Source of the DNA: Gnetum montanum
Taxonomy: Eukaryota; Plantae; Gnetophyta
Assembly: GCA_015680685.1 (NCBI GenBank)
Contig: MNCI01000952.1
Location: 62,879-126,878, forward strand
Length of the DNA stretch: 64,000 bases
Direction: 5' to 3'
The translations under genes and the position numbers were made by a program. The number at the start of each line of letters is the position of its first letter. Positions within the stretch are counted from its first letter, which is position 1. Below the pieces are notes generated by a model, which was given only the letters and a program-made list of their open reading frames with translations, had not been told where the DNA came from and ran no database searches. Positions 39,790-53,100 of the stretch are shown piece by piece.

Positions 39790-41911
39790 TTATAGCTCTC
39801 CTTCTTCTTTTGCCACCTACCCAATTAGCCTTTGTATCTAATGGAATTTTAATTCATATAACTGACCTTGGGTATAAATCCCAAGGGTCTCCCTTATTTC
39901 ATTATGAAGTCGATCTATAATGTGAAAAAGTTGCTCTTTTTGAGAGAAATCATGGCCTGGACATCTATGTAGTAGTAAATAGTATCTATCCAAGGCCACA
40001 TCCAAGGGTTCATGATTTTCTTACTTCCACTCTTGGATTTTTTTTTCTTAGGTTGGACACTCTCACATAGGTTTGATATTTTTCCTTGAAAAGTTTTAGC
40101 ATTGTAGATCACTGGTGGAAGAAGCTTGGTTCTAATGATCTATACCAACTTTCAACTTCATCTATTAGTGTCCTACGAAAGAGCTTAAGCTTTTGCCACT
40201 TATTTTGATATTTTGCAAGGCACAGGCATCCTGGAAGGCTTTTAAGTAATGTTGTGACTCAAAATTATAGCCTCCTCTAAATTTAGGGTTCATGTCAAGC
40301 CATTTGATGTGGTTATTTGTTTGATGCCTTTAAGGTATTTGAACTACCTTCCTAATTTGTGTCAGGCCCCTAGTAGCCAACAAGGGTTCATCTATACCAA
40401 ACACATCATGGTGATAATCTATATTTCTATTTGTCTAATTGTGATGATCTTGTCTATGTTCATTTTGATGTTTTTGATTTGCCCTTCGGTTCAATTTCTA
40501 TCTTTATCTTAACCCCATAGTGGAGCTCTATCACTATTCCTATGTTCATCTTCATCAAAACTAGACGTTGAAGAGGAAGAGGAAGATGAGGAATTGGGAG
40601 AATTTCCATGGCTCCTATAGTTCTCCACATGGTCCCTTGATTTATCTTTTCTAGGTTTAGAGGAGGTCCTAGTCCTTGAGGCCCTCCTTAATCTAGGACT
40701 TACTCCATCTCCTCTAGGATTGTCTACATTAGGTGAACCTACTCCTTGAGTGTAGTAAGGGTTTAAATGAGCATAGGAAATCCTTGCTTGAGGTTGTTCA
40801 CTCCAATTTTCACATGTGATGCTTTTCATCATGTGATGCAATCTTGGTCCTATGTGAAGAAATCACATGACAAAACTTATGCCAAACTGTGAGCCCAAGT
40901 ACTATATTTATAGGTTGGCACACATCCTGCAATATCAAATATTCAACATTGCNAACTAATCTAAATAACTAGCACCATCCCTAGCAACGGTTCCAATGAT
41001 GAGTGGCAAGATACCCCTATGCCCAACCATATGAATCATAAGTGTTCATGCATGATTCGATTATATTCCATGGATGGGACTAGTTGTGGCATCTAGATTG
41101 TTATGTCTTGATTATAGTTCACTGTCTTCCCACTTGAACTAGTGGTAGCTTTGTCACGTATGATTTAGTCTAGAGTGAGGCATATGATAATTAATGTTTT
41201 TTGGCCTTATGCTACTCCTAATGATAATGAAGAAATAAATTATTTAAGCTAATTAACAATGAAAAAAATTCTAAACTAGCCTACATGTGATGAGTGTTCA
41301 TTCCCAACTTGTTGTACACATCCTGAACCTGCGTATCCACTTCTGGGATTACCATGCACTATGCTACTAGGTGAACTAAGCAATAACGTTGCTAGGATTA
41401 CTGAGTGAATATGTGTTTACGCTCGAAACTAGTCATACTCATTTGGCCAACTCATTAATATGCATGGAAATGTAAATGTTAACTAAGTACATTAAAATTA
41501 AATTACATGGAAAGTAAATCTAATCTAAGTCAAACTACTGTAATGAATAAGAATCAATCTTGATTTTATTATCGTTCATGGAAGTCATCAAGGAGCATTG
41601 CTACTCGAATAAGATGTTGTACAATTGACTCGAATCCACATTGCGAGTGCTCACTGACTATTCTCTAAGACTACAAAACAAAATTGTAAGAGTTTAGCTA
41701 CACTATTGACAAAACTTATGCCAAACTGTGAGCCCAAGTACTATATTTATAGGTTGGCACACATCCTGCAATATCAAATATTCAACATTGCATCTTTGCC
41801 CGATATCAAAGCTGACAAAAATTAACTTTTTATTCAAACAGATGCGATCGCATGCATCAAGGCATCTACCTCAACATGACTACATCAATGCAACCAACCA
41901 ATGCTTCATCA
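39790..41911 (-). mobile_element. Duplicated 5' half of the Athila element (gag, PBS, 5' LTR 40997-41911)
   Basis: PBS tggaaccgttgctaggga at 40978-40995. Same right junction into the LINE (ccaag tttc) as at 12122. Confidence 0.85.
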
Positions 41912-42730
41912 CCAAGTTTCACCAAAAACAAATAAATCAAAATCATTGAAGAAATAACTAGTATCTAAAGTGGCCACTTTATTATCTAGTGATCCTTCAA
42001 CATTATTCTCATTTTTTTCTTTTTTTTTTACACTCTTTTTTAATCAGATCTTCATTAATCCAAATCTTCTATGCTTTCAAGATACTTCTATTATTCCAAA
42101 CCTTATCTCTTCCATGCTAGTCAACAAACTTAACAAGAATATATTAAGGTTTATCTTGCTTAGGACTAAGCCTGTTTGCACTAATAATCAAGGTAGAAGA
42201 AATGTGTATTTGTTTTTTAAATAAATCTAGCATAACTTGTAAAAGATCCTCATCCTATTCTTTATGAATTCCTACAATTCAAATAATTTTAATCTTGTCA
42301 TGTTTTTTTCATCTTTATGCATTTTCTTAGTAATTGCTTCTAGGCCTAAGTGAACACTTGTTATTTTTTATTTAAGGGAATCCTACTTTCATTGCAAAGT
42401 ATGCATATTAGTCTAAACTTGAGTTGCTTCAACATACAATGGTTGAAATAGTTTGTACCTTTTTTACCACAATGTCAACCATGGATTTCAATTATACAAT
42501 CCTAGATGCTATGGAGTTTAAAGTTGCAACCATGTTATTCTATTCCTCTTATGAAATCATAAATCCTACCATTAGAACCCTACTTCTTGTACATCCCCAA
42601 ACAACTTAAAATGTAATATGTTACTTTCTACTAATCCTTGACATACAAATGGGTCAAAACTCTAGCAATTGCTTCTTCAAAAAATTTTCCACCTAAGTTA
42701 TCACATCTATGATCCAGCATAAGGATTTTG
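41912..42730 (-). mobile_element. Duplicated LINE ORF1/endonuclease start
   Basis: Homolog of 12122-13086 with an internal deletion near 42005. Confidence 0.75.
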
Positions 42731-43030
42731 ATGCCAAATTGCTAAAAGCCTAAATCAAATCTATGACACAAAAAATTACTAACTCCCAAATCACCAAAAG
42801 CCCAAATCAAATATGGGATTTACCAAATCGTTAAATAACCTACATGTCTTTTATTAGTTATTTATGTGATACATAGATAATAATGACATGTTACTTTAGT
42901 AATAGATGAGTCAAGTGGTTAGCATATTATCTTGTTAGGTAAGAGGTTGCTAGTTCAAGTCATACTTGAGGCATCACTATATTGGGGGGTATTAGATCTT
43001 GAAATAATTATAATAAATGTACACCCTAAG

Positions 43031-43167
43031 TAATGAGACGCGATATCGCATGCACCGCGATATCGCGATCCACTGTCAAATCTATANCAGTCTGCGGAGT
43101 TTGACCGGATTGCGCATGCTACGCTCGTTTTGTATGGTTGAGTGTAGGGGTACCTCGCCACTCATCA
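43031..43167 (+). mobile_element. Athila-family LTR insertion, interior collapsed at an assembly n
   Basis: Both LTR ends (taatgagacgcgatatcgc..ccactcatca), TSD CTAAG on both sides, n at 43088, empty site near 14165. Confidence 0.8.
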
Positions 43168-46126
43168 CTAAGATAGATAGTTCAATTAAAACTTTACATT
43201 GTCCACTAGAATTGAACACATGACTTGAGTTTTGAAATCAAGAGTCTTTACCACTAGGCTAACACCTCATTGTTAATAGGCATTGCTATATTTCTAATAT
43301 ATCATGTTTGTTATATGTCTTAGGGTGTACCTCTAGTTAAATTATTTTGGATCTTGACAACCTCCTTGCACCTAGAAAAAAGTAAAAAAATCAAAAAATC
43401 AAAAGAATAAGAAGTTATGAATTGAATTATAGTGGGAAATATTGAGTTATAAAGCTCTAATTGGACTACATGTCTTGAGGGTAAATATTGTTTAACAAAT
43501 GTTTTATGTTCAATACCTTGACACACCATATTAATGTATTTAAAAACTCTAGAAGAATGCTAATTACTTAATTTCATACACTGAGCTAATGTGAATTACT
43601 TAATTGTTGATTTTAACTTTGGTTGTTCATTGATGGACCATTATTGTATGTTATATTTCTAGTATTTTCTACCTTTCTTTTTTCTTTTGAGGCAAGGTAA
43701 CTCAAAATTGGTAGCACAACCCCTATCTGCACAATAAGGTAGATGTGACCTATGAACAAAAAGGGTTCTACCACAAGGCTATTCCACTACTCCCACATCC
43801 AAAAACTCAAAAAAAATCAAACTTTTATTTAATTATTTTATAATTAATATACAAAAATAAATTTATTAACATGGGATGCTACAAACCACTTTGAATACGT
43901 TGCTTAAAAAATCTAGGAATGAGCCAACTTATTGTCCCATCGTTAAAGGACTCCAAAGGAGATGTTAGTGACAAGGAGGGACCTGTCTAACTACAATACT
44001 ACAATATGCATGACAAGTAAAACGCACATATTATTGGCCGGTCAGAATGGAATGTAACATAACCTCCGTAAGAATGGTTGGTGTTGGTGAGTGAATTCCA
44101 ATGCTTATCTCTCGGTGGAAAACAAAATTGATAACAAGGAACTAGCACAAAGGCAATCATGAGCCTGCGGATCAACCGCGTTCAGCTGCCCGTGAACGTG
44201 ACAGGCGTGACGTGGACAAATTTGATTGCATTTGCCATGCATTCAGTGCGCGCTCACGTTTGAACACAATCCCCGTTCCAAGATTCCCTCACCATTGCGG
44301 TTCATTGCATGGACGGATACCTGTGAGGATGGACGCACCGGCTTATCACTTCAGTGGTCAAAGATTTGTATTTAAATGTGTTAAGGTAAGCTATTATTTA
44401 TCTACTTGCCAACACAGCCCCCTGGGGCACAGGCCCCTGGTTATGTTTTGGAAGGGGAAGAACTTGAACTCTCAAGATGCTCTCATCTCATTCCTCATCC
44501 ACACGCCCACTAGCCCGCCCGCCAGACGTGACCTTCTCCCCACTCCACAGTCCCCACTTTGAATTAGTCTACTGTATTATACTCACCCGCGAGTTGCAGT
44601 TGCACGACATGAAACATGAAAGATGCAGCTTGCACCACTTGAAAGATGAATTGTTATAATGCTGCAATTCCCAATACAACGATGATTCCCAGACTCTCTC
44701 CATCGACAGACAGTATGTCACACACCACTTTGTTTTGTTCTTTCCTCTTCAACTCAACGCAGCTCTACAACCTTTGCGTGTCTGCGCCTGCCACACCTTT
44801 TGTAATGTAAATAATGTTCAACTTACTTTTCATGTACATAATTACAGTCTCTTCTATAAATCCAACTCTCGTTGCAAGAGAGCCATCATCACCAATCACT
44901 TGTGTTTTGTGCTGCTCGTGTCCTGAAGTGTCTCACAATTGTTGCGAAGCCAATTGGCAATTGCTTTGGTTGAGAGTGAGTGCTACTGCTATCAACCATA
45001 TAGCAGTATCAGCATGCTCATCATCATCATCAACTAAGAAGAATGCATGGGTGTACGTGTGCATGATTGAGTTGGAGAAGATAATGAAGGAAAATAAAGC
45101 ACTCAGGTGTCAAGCTACATAACCAGAGCCTTTATTGTAATTAACTAGTCTTGCCTCCCCAACTAATGTTACTTTGTAACAATTATTAAAGATATCTAAA
45201 ATAACACATAGATTAAGGAATCAATACCAATGGAGATAGAAACATTACCAAAATAGGCAACATTACCAAAAGTACGTACAGTAATGTAATTTGGTAGTTT
45301 AGGTGGTTTGGACATGCGCAAAGAAGTTTAGCCAATGAGCCTATAAACAAAGGTTGCTACATCATTATTCTAAGAAGAGCCACCAAAAGGAAGACCAAAG
45401 AAGACATGGAAAAAAAATAGTTGAAGATGATTTGAAGAAATTGCAAAGAATCAAAGATCTAGCTCCTCATATAAGTGAATGATTAAAAAAAACTCATGTA
45501 GTCGATTCTATTTTGTTGGAACAAAGCTAGGATGATGATGATGCCTTCAATAATGCAATCTAAAGAAAAATAAGTCATTGTAGTAGAAGGTTTTTATGTA
45601 AAGAAAATGGATGATGAACCAGTTATTCCTAATATTAATACTCCTTGAAGGTTGTAATGTTCTATTTCCCAAATGTTTACTAATGAAAGGACTATGGTTC
45701 AGATATTTATCTATGGTTCATTTGTCATAATCATTCATGAATTCACGAATGAAGGAGAGTTTACTTATGTGTGTATTACTTCATGATTAGCAATCACAAG
45801 GACAAGTATACACTCGTAATTTATAATACTCATCAACTCCTTGACAAAAAGCTAAAAGAATCTTATGAAACTAATGCTTAAAGAGGAATGTTAGACTTCA
45901 AGTAAGTTGTGTAAAATCATTATTTTCGTAACTTTGTTTGTTGATTCATAATTATTCATAAGATTGTAACTATTAATCATGAAACATTGTAACCCTCCTT
46001 ATGGAATAAAGTACGAGCATCATTTAAGTTACAAAAGTGTATGTAGAAGAATAAGAATAATAATGCAAGTGATCGACAATTCAATGAGGAAGAAGAAGAA
46101 AAAAGAAGTGCAAGACAATGAATTAC

Positions 46127-47070
46127 TGATGAGTCATGAATTTGGTAGCTGTGATATCGCAGCCGTGATATCACAGTCGTGATATATCAGCCCTGTTGTA
46201 TTAGTAACTGAGATATCGCAGTGGCCGTGATATTGCAGCTGCGATATCGCGTACGTGATATCGCAGTGCACCACAATTTCTATAAATAAGAGGTAGCTTT
46301 CCCAATTTTAGGTATTAGGAGTTAGAGTAGCGAAGCTCTGGCAGTTTGACCACTCCAGAGATAGATTATTTTTCCTGTGTCTGCCCACAGTGTGGTGAAT
46401 GTGATTGTACGGTGTCTTATTCGAGTGTGACGTACTTGGACATGCACATGACTAGCAATACATATCAAGATTACTTCATCATTGCAACAGTCACTTTGTT
46501 ATTTATTTATTTGTTATTTACTGCTTTCTCTCTCACCCGTAAACTCCTAGAATGCAGTATGAGTACGACTTGATTACAAGCATCTAAGGATGTGTACGAT
46601 TAGTCAAGGAATCAACTACTCATCGCAACACGGAACGAGTATGACTTGATTTCTAGTATTTAAGTGTGACTACTTGGTAGCCCAGTGGCGTACCTAGGAT
46701 CTGCTCTTGGTAATCCCAGTGGTAGTCATGCACGAGGTCCAAGATGTGTACGGTTGATCAAGGAATCGGTTGCTCATTGCACTTAGGCTAGATTAGACTT
46801 TCTTACCCTTTTCCTCCTAGCTTAGCTTAGTTAATATTACTTTCCACTACCTTCAGGAGTAGCATTAGGTTAGAACACATCATACACCTCACTCTGGACT
46901 AAACCATACATGACAAATATAATACTAGTCCAGGTGGGAAGACAGTGAACTGCGACCTAAGGTTAACGATCTAGGTGCCACAACTAGTCCATCTGCGGAG
47001 TTCGATCGAATCGCACGTGAGAATGCTCGTATTCATATAGTTGAGTGTAGGGGTATCTCGCCACTCATCA
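46127..47070 (+). mobile_element. Solo LTR, Athila-like family, copy B-specific
   Basis: TGATGAGT..ACTCATCA ends, perfect TSD ATTAC, empty site near 17236-17240. Confidence 0.93.
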
Positions 47071-47936
47071 ATTACCAAGCATCATAAGAAGTATGATATG
47101 ATAACCAACAATCATAAAATACAATGAACTTTGTAATTAAAAGTTAGAGTCATTAAACATCCTTTGTTAGAGAAATAAAGGTATCATGTAAGACTTTGAA
47201 GTGAGTTAGGATTCAGTTTTCTAAAGAGGAAGAAAAGATCCAAGTTGATCAAAACATAACCTTGATACAATTTCTTAAATAAGAAGAGAAGATCAGCTAA
47301 AGTGCTTTGTTGAAGTAAAGAAGAAAGTTATAAACAAAAGTAGCTAAGTTGTGCACAGAGATAGTATGTAAGTTGGCTAAGAATGACTATAGTCTTCATT
47401 GTATGTTCAATAATCAATGTTATAAATTGTAATCTATGATATTCATAGATATTCTTAAGTTATGAGAATTGTTACAAAGAGAGTAAGTGTGAGTAGTTAT
47501 GAAGTTATGTTACTAATCACAATATTCTTGGGTATATTAGAGTTGTCAAATGACATAAAACTTCAGGTAGTATATGAATTTACTACTCATTTACATAGTT
47601 TGGGCATTTTTTGTTGTAAAATAAGTTCAGAAATTAACAAATAATGATGCTCTTTGAAAAATCAATAAAAGATTAAATGGCTCAACAAAACATATTACTT
47701 CATACTAATTTTTAGATTAGATATTAAGATTTGAAGTCCACTTACAAATGCTCAACATTGCATATTTATGTATAGATAATTTTATATCATGGTGCATGAT
47801 TGAACCATTACCTAGCTCAAGAAGCATTTAATTATAGAGCCAACTACAATTACAATGTAAGAAATCAAAAATTTGAATGAACACATACCATAATATAAGA
47901 TTATAAACAATGACTCATATACATCATGAAAATGAC

Positions 47937-49606
47937 TGAAACACCACCAAAATTGGGCTCTCAGGTCTCAACAACAAATTTGTCTAAGTGTTAAAACTTG
48001 GCAAATTTTTCTAAGTCTTGTGACTACACTCCCCATTGCTGGGACTATGCCCCAGAGCATAGTCAGCGTAGTTGACATAGACATCCTAGATCTACAAGAT
48101 TTTTCTAAGTGTTGACAGTAGTTGCAAAATTTTCTAAGTGTCCTAACTACACTCCCCCCTTACCAGGACTATGCTTTAGAGCGTAGTTAGCATAGTTGGC
48201 ACAGAAATGGCCAATTTTGCAAAATTTCCTAAGTGTCAAGGCAAAGGTTGTTGGGTTGGCTTGGGATGAAAGAAACAGTTCAACAAATTTTCTAACTTCT
48301 AAGGCTACACCCCCTACTATGCTCTAGAGTGTAGTCAGCGTAGTTTATAGGAAGACATCAAAATTTGCTAGATTTTTCTATGTCAAGGCCACACTCTCCC
48401 TACTGGGACTACTCTCTAGAGAGTAGTTTTCATAGTCTATGCTGGACCTTACCTTTTGGCAAAATTTATCTAACTTTTGAGACTATGCTCTAGATTGTAG
48501 TTAGCATAGTCTTCCGAAAGTGCTTTCAAAAGCCTCCAGAACTTAACATTGGCTTGCGTCTCAGACCCAACATTCCTTTGGCAAGCAAGATTAGCAATTT
48601 GCATCTCTTTTGCACCCCCCCCCCATTTGTCCCAAAATTGTACCTATGCTTGACACCACTTGAGAGAGTGGATAGTGTAGTCTTCAAAACTGCATTATTT
48701 TGCATTGTTTTTAGGTACATTGCAATTTGTTCGGCACTTGAATATGTAGTCTTGGTAGCGTAGTCATAGTTTGGCAGTCTCACAAGGTCCATTGGAGCAC
48801 ACTAGCAGAACACCATTTGCTTCGGTGGGAGTGTAGTTGGGGCTAGCGTAATCCTAACTACCCCTCTACCATGTGGCACCTAATCCATGACTCATGTTAA
48901 CCCTAGCCCTATAAATACCCTAGTGCTTCACATTTAAAGGGTTGGCATTTGAAGTAATCACTTGGCATTCTAGCATTTGGCAAACTCAAAGCACACTTGG
49001 CATTTTGGGCAATCACGATTGCACATCACAATAGCATCATTGCATACTGCCCAACACACTACTGACCACCGCAGCTCGTAGGACACCATGGCAACCAACC
49101 CGGCAGGCTTAGAATTCATGGTAGACATCAATTTTTTGTAGCCTTGACACCCTGATACTATGACTATGCTACCTACCATGCCTGCTATATACCACATACC
49201 TCCTAAAATTTTCTTTACAGTTAACAACACTCCCCCCCCTATTTGGGGTGGTGCCACTCTCTCTCTTACTCACATCCTGTGCATTTTTAGCATTTTCTTT
49301 CACATTCTAGAATTCTATTTGCATTTTTCATTGTTTCTGCATACTTTCATGTGTTTGCATTCTCATTTTGCACCATGACCCTTAACTACGCTCACCCCCG
49401 TGGGCACCGTAGATATTACAAACACTGCACAAACCCTTGACACTCATTTCATTGTAACACCTGTAAGTCTGAGTTCAATTAACAAGACCATTCTAGGCAC
49501 CCTGCCTCCATTCCCAGTAGGCACTCGTGTGAACATAGGGTCAAGGCTATGCAATCGTAGACCTCTTGGTGCACCATTCCAACCTTTGACATTTTCAGTT
49601 GCTACA
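47937..49606 (+). mobile_element. 1.67-kb solo LTR of a different family with internal tandem palindromic repeats
   Basis: TG..GCTACA ends, TSD atgac/atgaa, TATA ctataaata near 48909, empty site near 18099-18103. Confidence 0.8.
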
Positions 49607-50159
49607 ATGAAAAAATCATGGTTTTAGTTGCATCAACATCATAAGACATCCCAAATTTTTTCCCACAAGGTTGTAAATCTATGTTTCAAAAATCAAGAAA
49701 AATTTTTACATTAATAAAATAAGTAGAAATAAGCATGAGATAGGTACACCCCAAGATTTATAGAAGTTTATAATGTAGTGCTACCTAGTAGAATCAAACC
49801 TACGACCTGGGGTTACCAAGCTAAGACTTGTACCACTAGGCCACCATCTTATTAATAAATAATAGAATTTGGAAGTAATTTAGAATATCCAACAAGGGAA
49901 TGACAATTTTGAAGAAATTGGATCCACTAGATTTGAGGTGTTGGAACTTGAAATAAGTAAAACATAGGTACCCCAAGAGTTAAGAAGTTTATAACTCAGT
50001 ACTACTTAGTAGAATCAAATCGGTAACCTAGGGTTACTACACCAAGACCTATACCACTAGGGTAACACTGCTTGGCTCAAGTTGACTCCTAGATTTAGCC
50101 TCTTGCTTTACAACTAAGTGTGTAGTTAGCCCCTTCTACGTATACCGCTAAAACCCTAG

Positions 50160-53100
50160 CATAGAGCCATTGAAGCTCTAAAATTGATATTGATTTGGAC
50201 TGCCAAGAAGAGCTTTTGCTTAGGCATTTGTCTCTATGTGAGTAGCTCCAACAGAAATGCACCCAGTTCTGGGAAGTTGTGAATGACATGGCAAGCAAGG
50301 TAGAGGAAGCCATGAAGAACGTGTCTACACTAGTGGAGCTCCTGAAACAGGAAATCGAAGTGGTCGGCAAGATTATTATGAAAGAGAATGAGTCCAATAC
50401 TACAACATAGGTTGCTTTTACTTCATCTTCTAAGGTTCTTGCTTCAATTTTTTTAAATCTGCCTCCACTTTTGCCTAGTGATCCTTATCCTTGTTAGTAT
50501 TTAATCCTGATTCAGTTACAAGAATTAGTTTAAGTCTTTGTTGAGTCTATTAGGTATTTTAATGGGATATCATCATATAATTCAAGCCTCTCGATTTTTT
50601 TACTAGAAGAATCTGCACTTGAATAAAATATTTTCTATTACTCCTCATATTCGCTCTTGTTCTTGCTCCTATTATTTTTGTTTTTGCTTAATACTTTGTT
50701 ACTTGTATCAAAGCAAGAAGTTCTAATGAATAGCTCAACTCAAATTTTAGTTCTTGTCTTGGATGGGAAAAATTACATTCAGTGGATTGTCCAAATGAGG
50801 GTGCTTTTAGATTTCCATGAGTTACTTAATGTTGTGGAAAATAGTGTTGTTGATCTTAGAAAATGCAACCAATGCATAGAAGAATGCCCACTATGAGAAC
50901 AAGAAGAAAGATAAGAAGGCATTATATTTCATTCATCAAGGAGTGACTTATGAAGTGTTTGAGAAGATTGCAGGAGCAACCACATCAAAGTAAGCTTGGG
51001 ATACCTTCATGACGTTGTACAAAGCTGCAAACAGAGTTAAGAAGGTAAGACTCTAAACTTTGAGACATCAATATAGGCTCTCATAAATGAAGTCTTCTAA
51101 GACTATTACTACTTATATTAGTCATGTTCTTCATCTAACAAATCAAATAAAAACATATGGAGAAGGGTACAAAGAGAAAGTCAAGGTGGAGAAGATTTGA
51201 CAATCACTCACTTCCAGATTTGAGCATATCATGGTGGCAATAGAAGAAGCACATGATCTATCTTCAATGACTATCGAGGAATTATTTGGAAACTTGCAAG
51301 CCCATGAGCAACAAATGAATGAGAAGAAAGTGGAGAAGTGGATTGAGTAAGCTTTTCAAAGCTAGGTCTCCATCAAAAGTGATCAAGGTGGTGAAACAAG
51401 CCAAAAGCATGGTGGTTCTCATGGTAGAGGATGAGGACATGGGGGTTATTACAACAGAAGTCATGGTGGTCATAACAACAATCATGAAGTTAGAGGCAAT
51501 GACCAAGAAAAATCAGATTCTAGTCATTAGCAAATTTCAAGAGGTCATGGCCATGGACATGGTAGAGGAAGGTATGAAAAATCCAATGTTTTATGTTACT
51601 CTTATCATAGGCATGACAATTATTCAAATCAATGTAGATATAAGGATAATGGTCAGAGGACTCACTATGTACAAGAAGAAGATGATGATGGCGACCATGC
51701 TTTCTTGATGGTCACTACAGCTAGTGAATCGCCAAACTACCATACATGATTTCTTGACACTGGGTGTACCAATCATATGTGAGGAAAAAGGGGGTTATTT
51801 ACTATTTTTGATGAGTCCTTTCACACCAATGTCAAATTTGCTGATGATAGCACTATACCAATAATAAGAAAAGGACAAATCCTTATCAACTTAAAGAATG
51901 GAGATCACAAGTATATTTCTAATGTCTTCTATGTGCCAAGTATGAAGAGTAATTTGTTTAGAGTGGGTTAGCTAGCAGAAAAGGGGTATGCCATGAACCT
52001 TCATGCAATCAACTCTCCTTTTTGAAAACAAAGGTACACTCATTCTCAAGGCTCCTTTGACAAAGAATCGTATGATCCTGTTGATATTTATAATGGTGTT
52101 TATAATTGTCTTAATGCCATTATAAATGATGAGCCTTGGCTGCGGCACCTTTGCTTTGGACATTTAAGTTTTTGGAGTTTAAAATTGGTTGCTAAAGGAA
52201 ATATGATGAAAGGTTTGCCTAGTATTCATTATCTAGAATAATTGTATGAAGCTTGCATTCTTGGAAAGCATCACAAAATGCCATTTGCAGTAGAATAATG
52301 ATGTGCATCACAACCACTAGGGCTCATTCATTCCAATGTATGTGGCCCAATGAACACCTTATCAAATGGAAATAATAGGTATTTCCTAACCTTTATTGAT
52401 GATTTTTCTTTTAAAATTTGGATCTATCTTTTGCAAAGGAAGTCCGAAGTTTTTGATTGCTTTAAGAAGTTCAAGGTGCATCTTGAAAGGCAAAGTGGCT
52501 ATCTTGTTAAGGTTCTGTGAACTGATGGTGGAGATGAATACACTTCTAATGAATTTAATGAATACTGTGAAGAATAGGGAATAAAGCATCAAGTCACTTT
52601 TCCTTACACCCCACAACATAATGGAGTAGTCAAAAGAAAGAATAGAACTATAATGGACATGGCGAGAAGCATGCTAAAGGCAAAAGGAATGCCTAATTCA
52701 CTTTGGGGTGAAGCTGTTTCATGTTCTATTTACCTGTTAAACAAATCTCCAACAAGTGTGCAAAATATCACCCCTGTAGAAGCATGGAATGATTTCAAGT
52801 CGAGCGTGAAACATCTTAGAGTGTTTGGTGCTATTGCTTATGGCCACACTCTAGAAAAGATGAGAACAAAGCTAGATGATCGAGCAAAAAAGACTATCTT
52901 TGTTGGCTACAAGCATAGTAGATACAAGCTATTCAATCCTGTAACAAAGAAGGTGATTGTTAGTCGAGATGTAACATTTGCTAAAGAAGAGGCTTGGAAA
53001 TGGGATGTTGCTTCACATAAAGACTCCCATAAGTAACAAACAAATGATGCTAAATTAAGCTTTGCTCAAGAAAGTTCCACTTCACAAGCTCTAGTGGAAT

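Noticed and set aside
40868-40953. Displaced copy of LTR sequence 41708-41792
   Set aside because: Ends at an n; probable mis-join.
43031-43167. Apparent 137-bp miniature LTR element
   Set aside because: Contains an n at 43088, so the true length is unknown.
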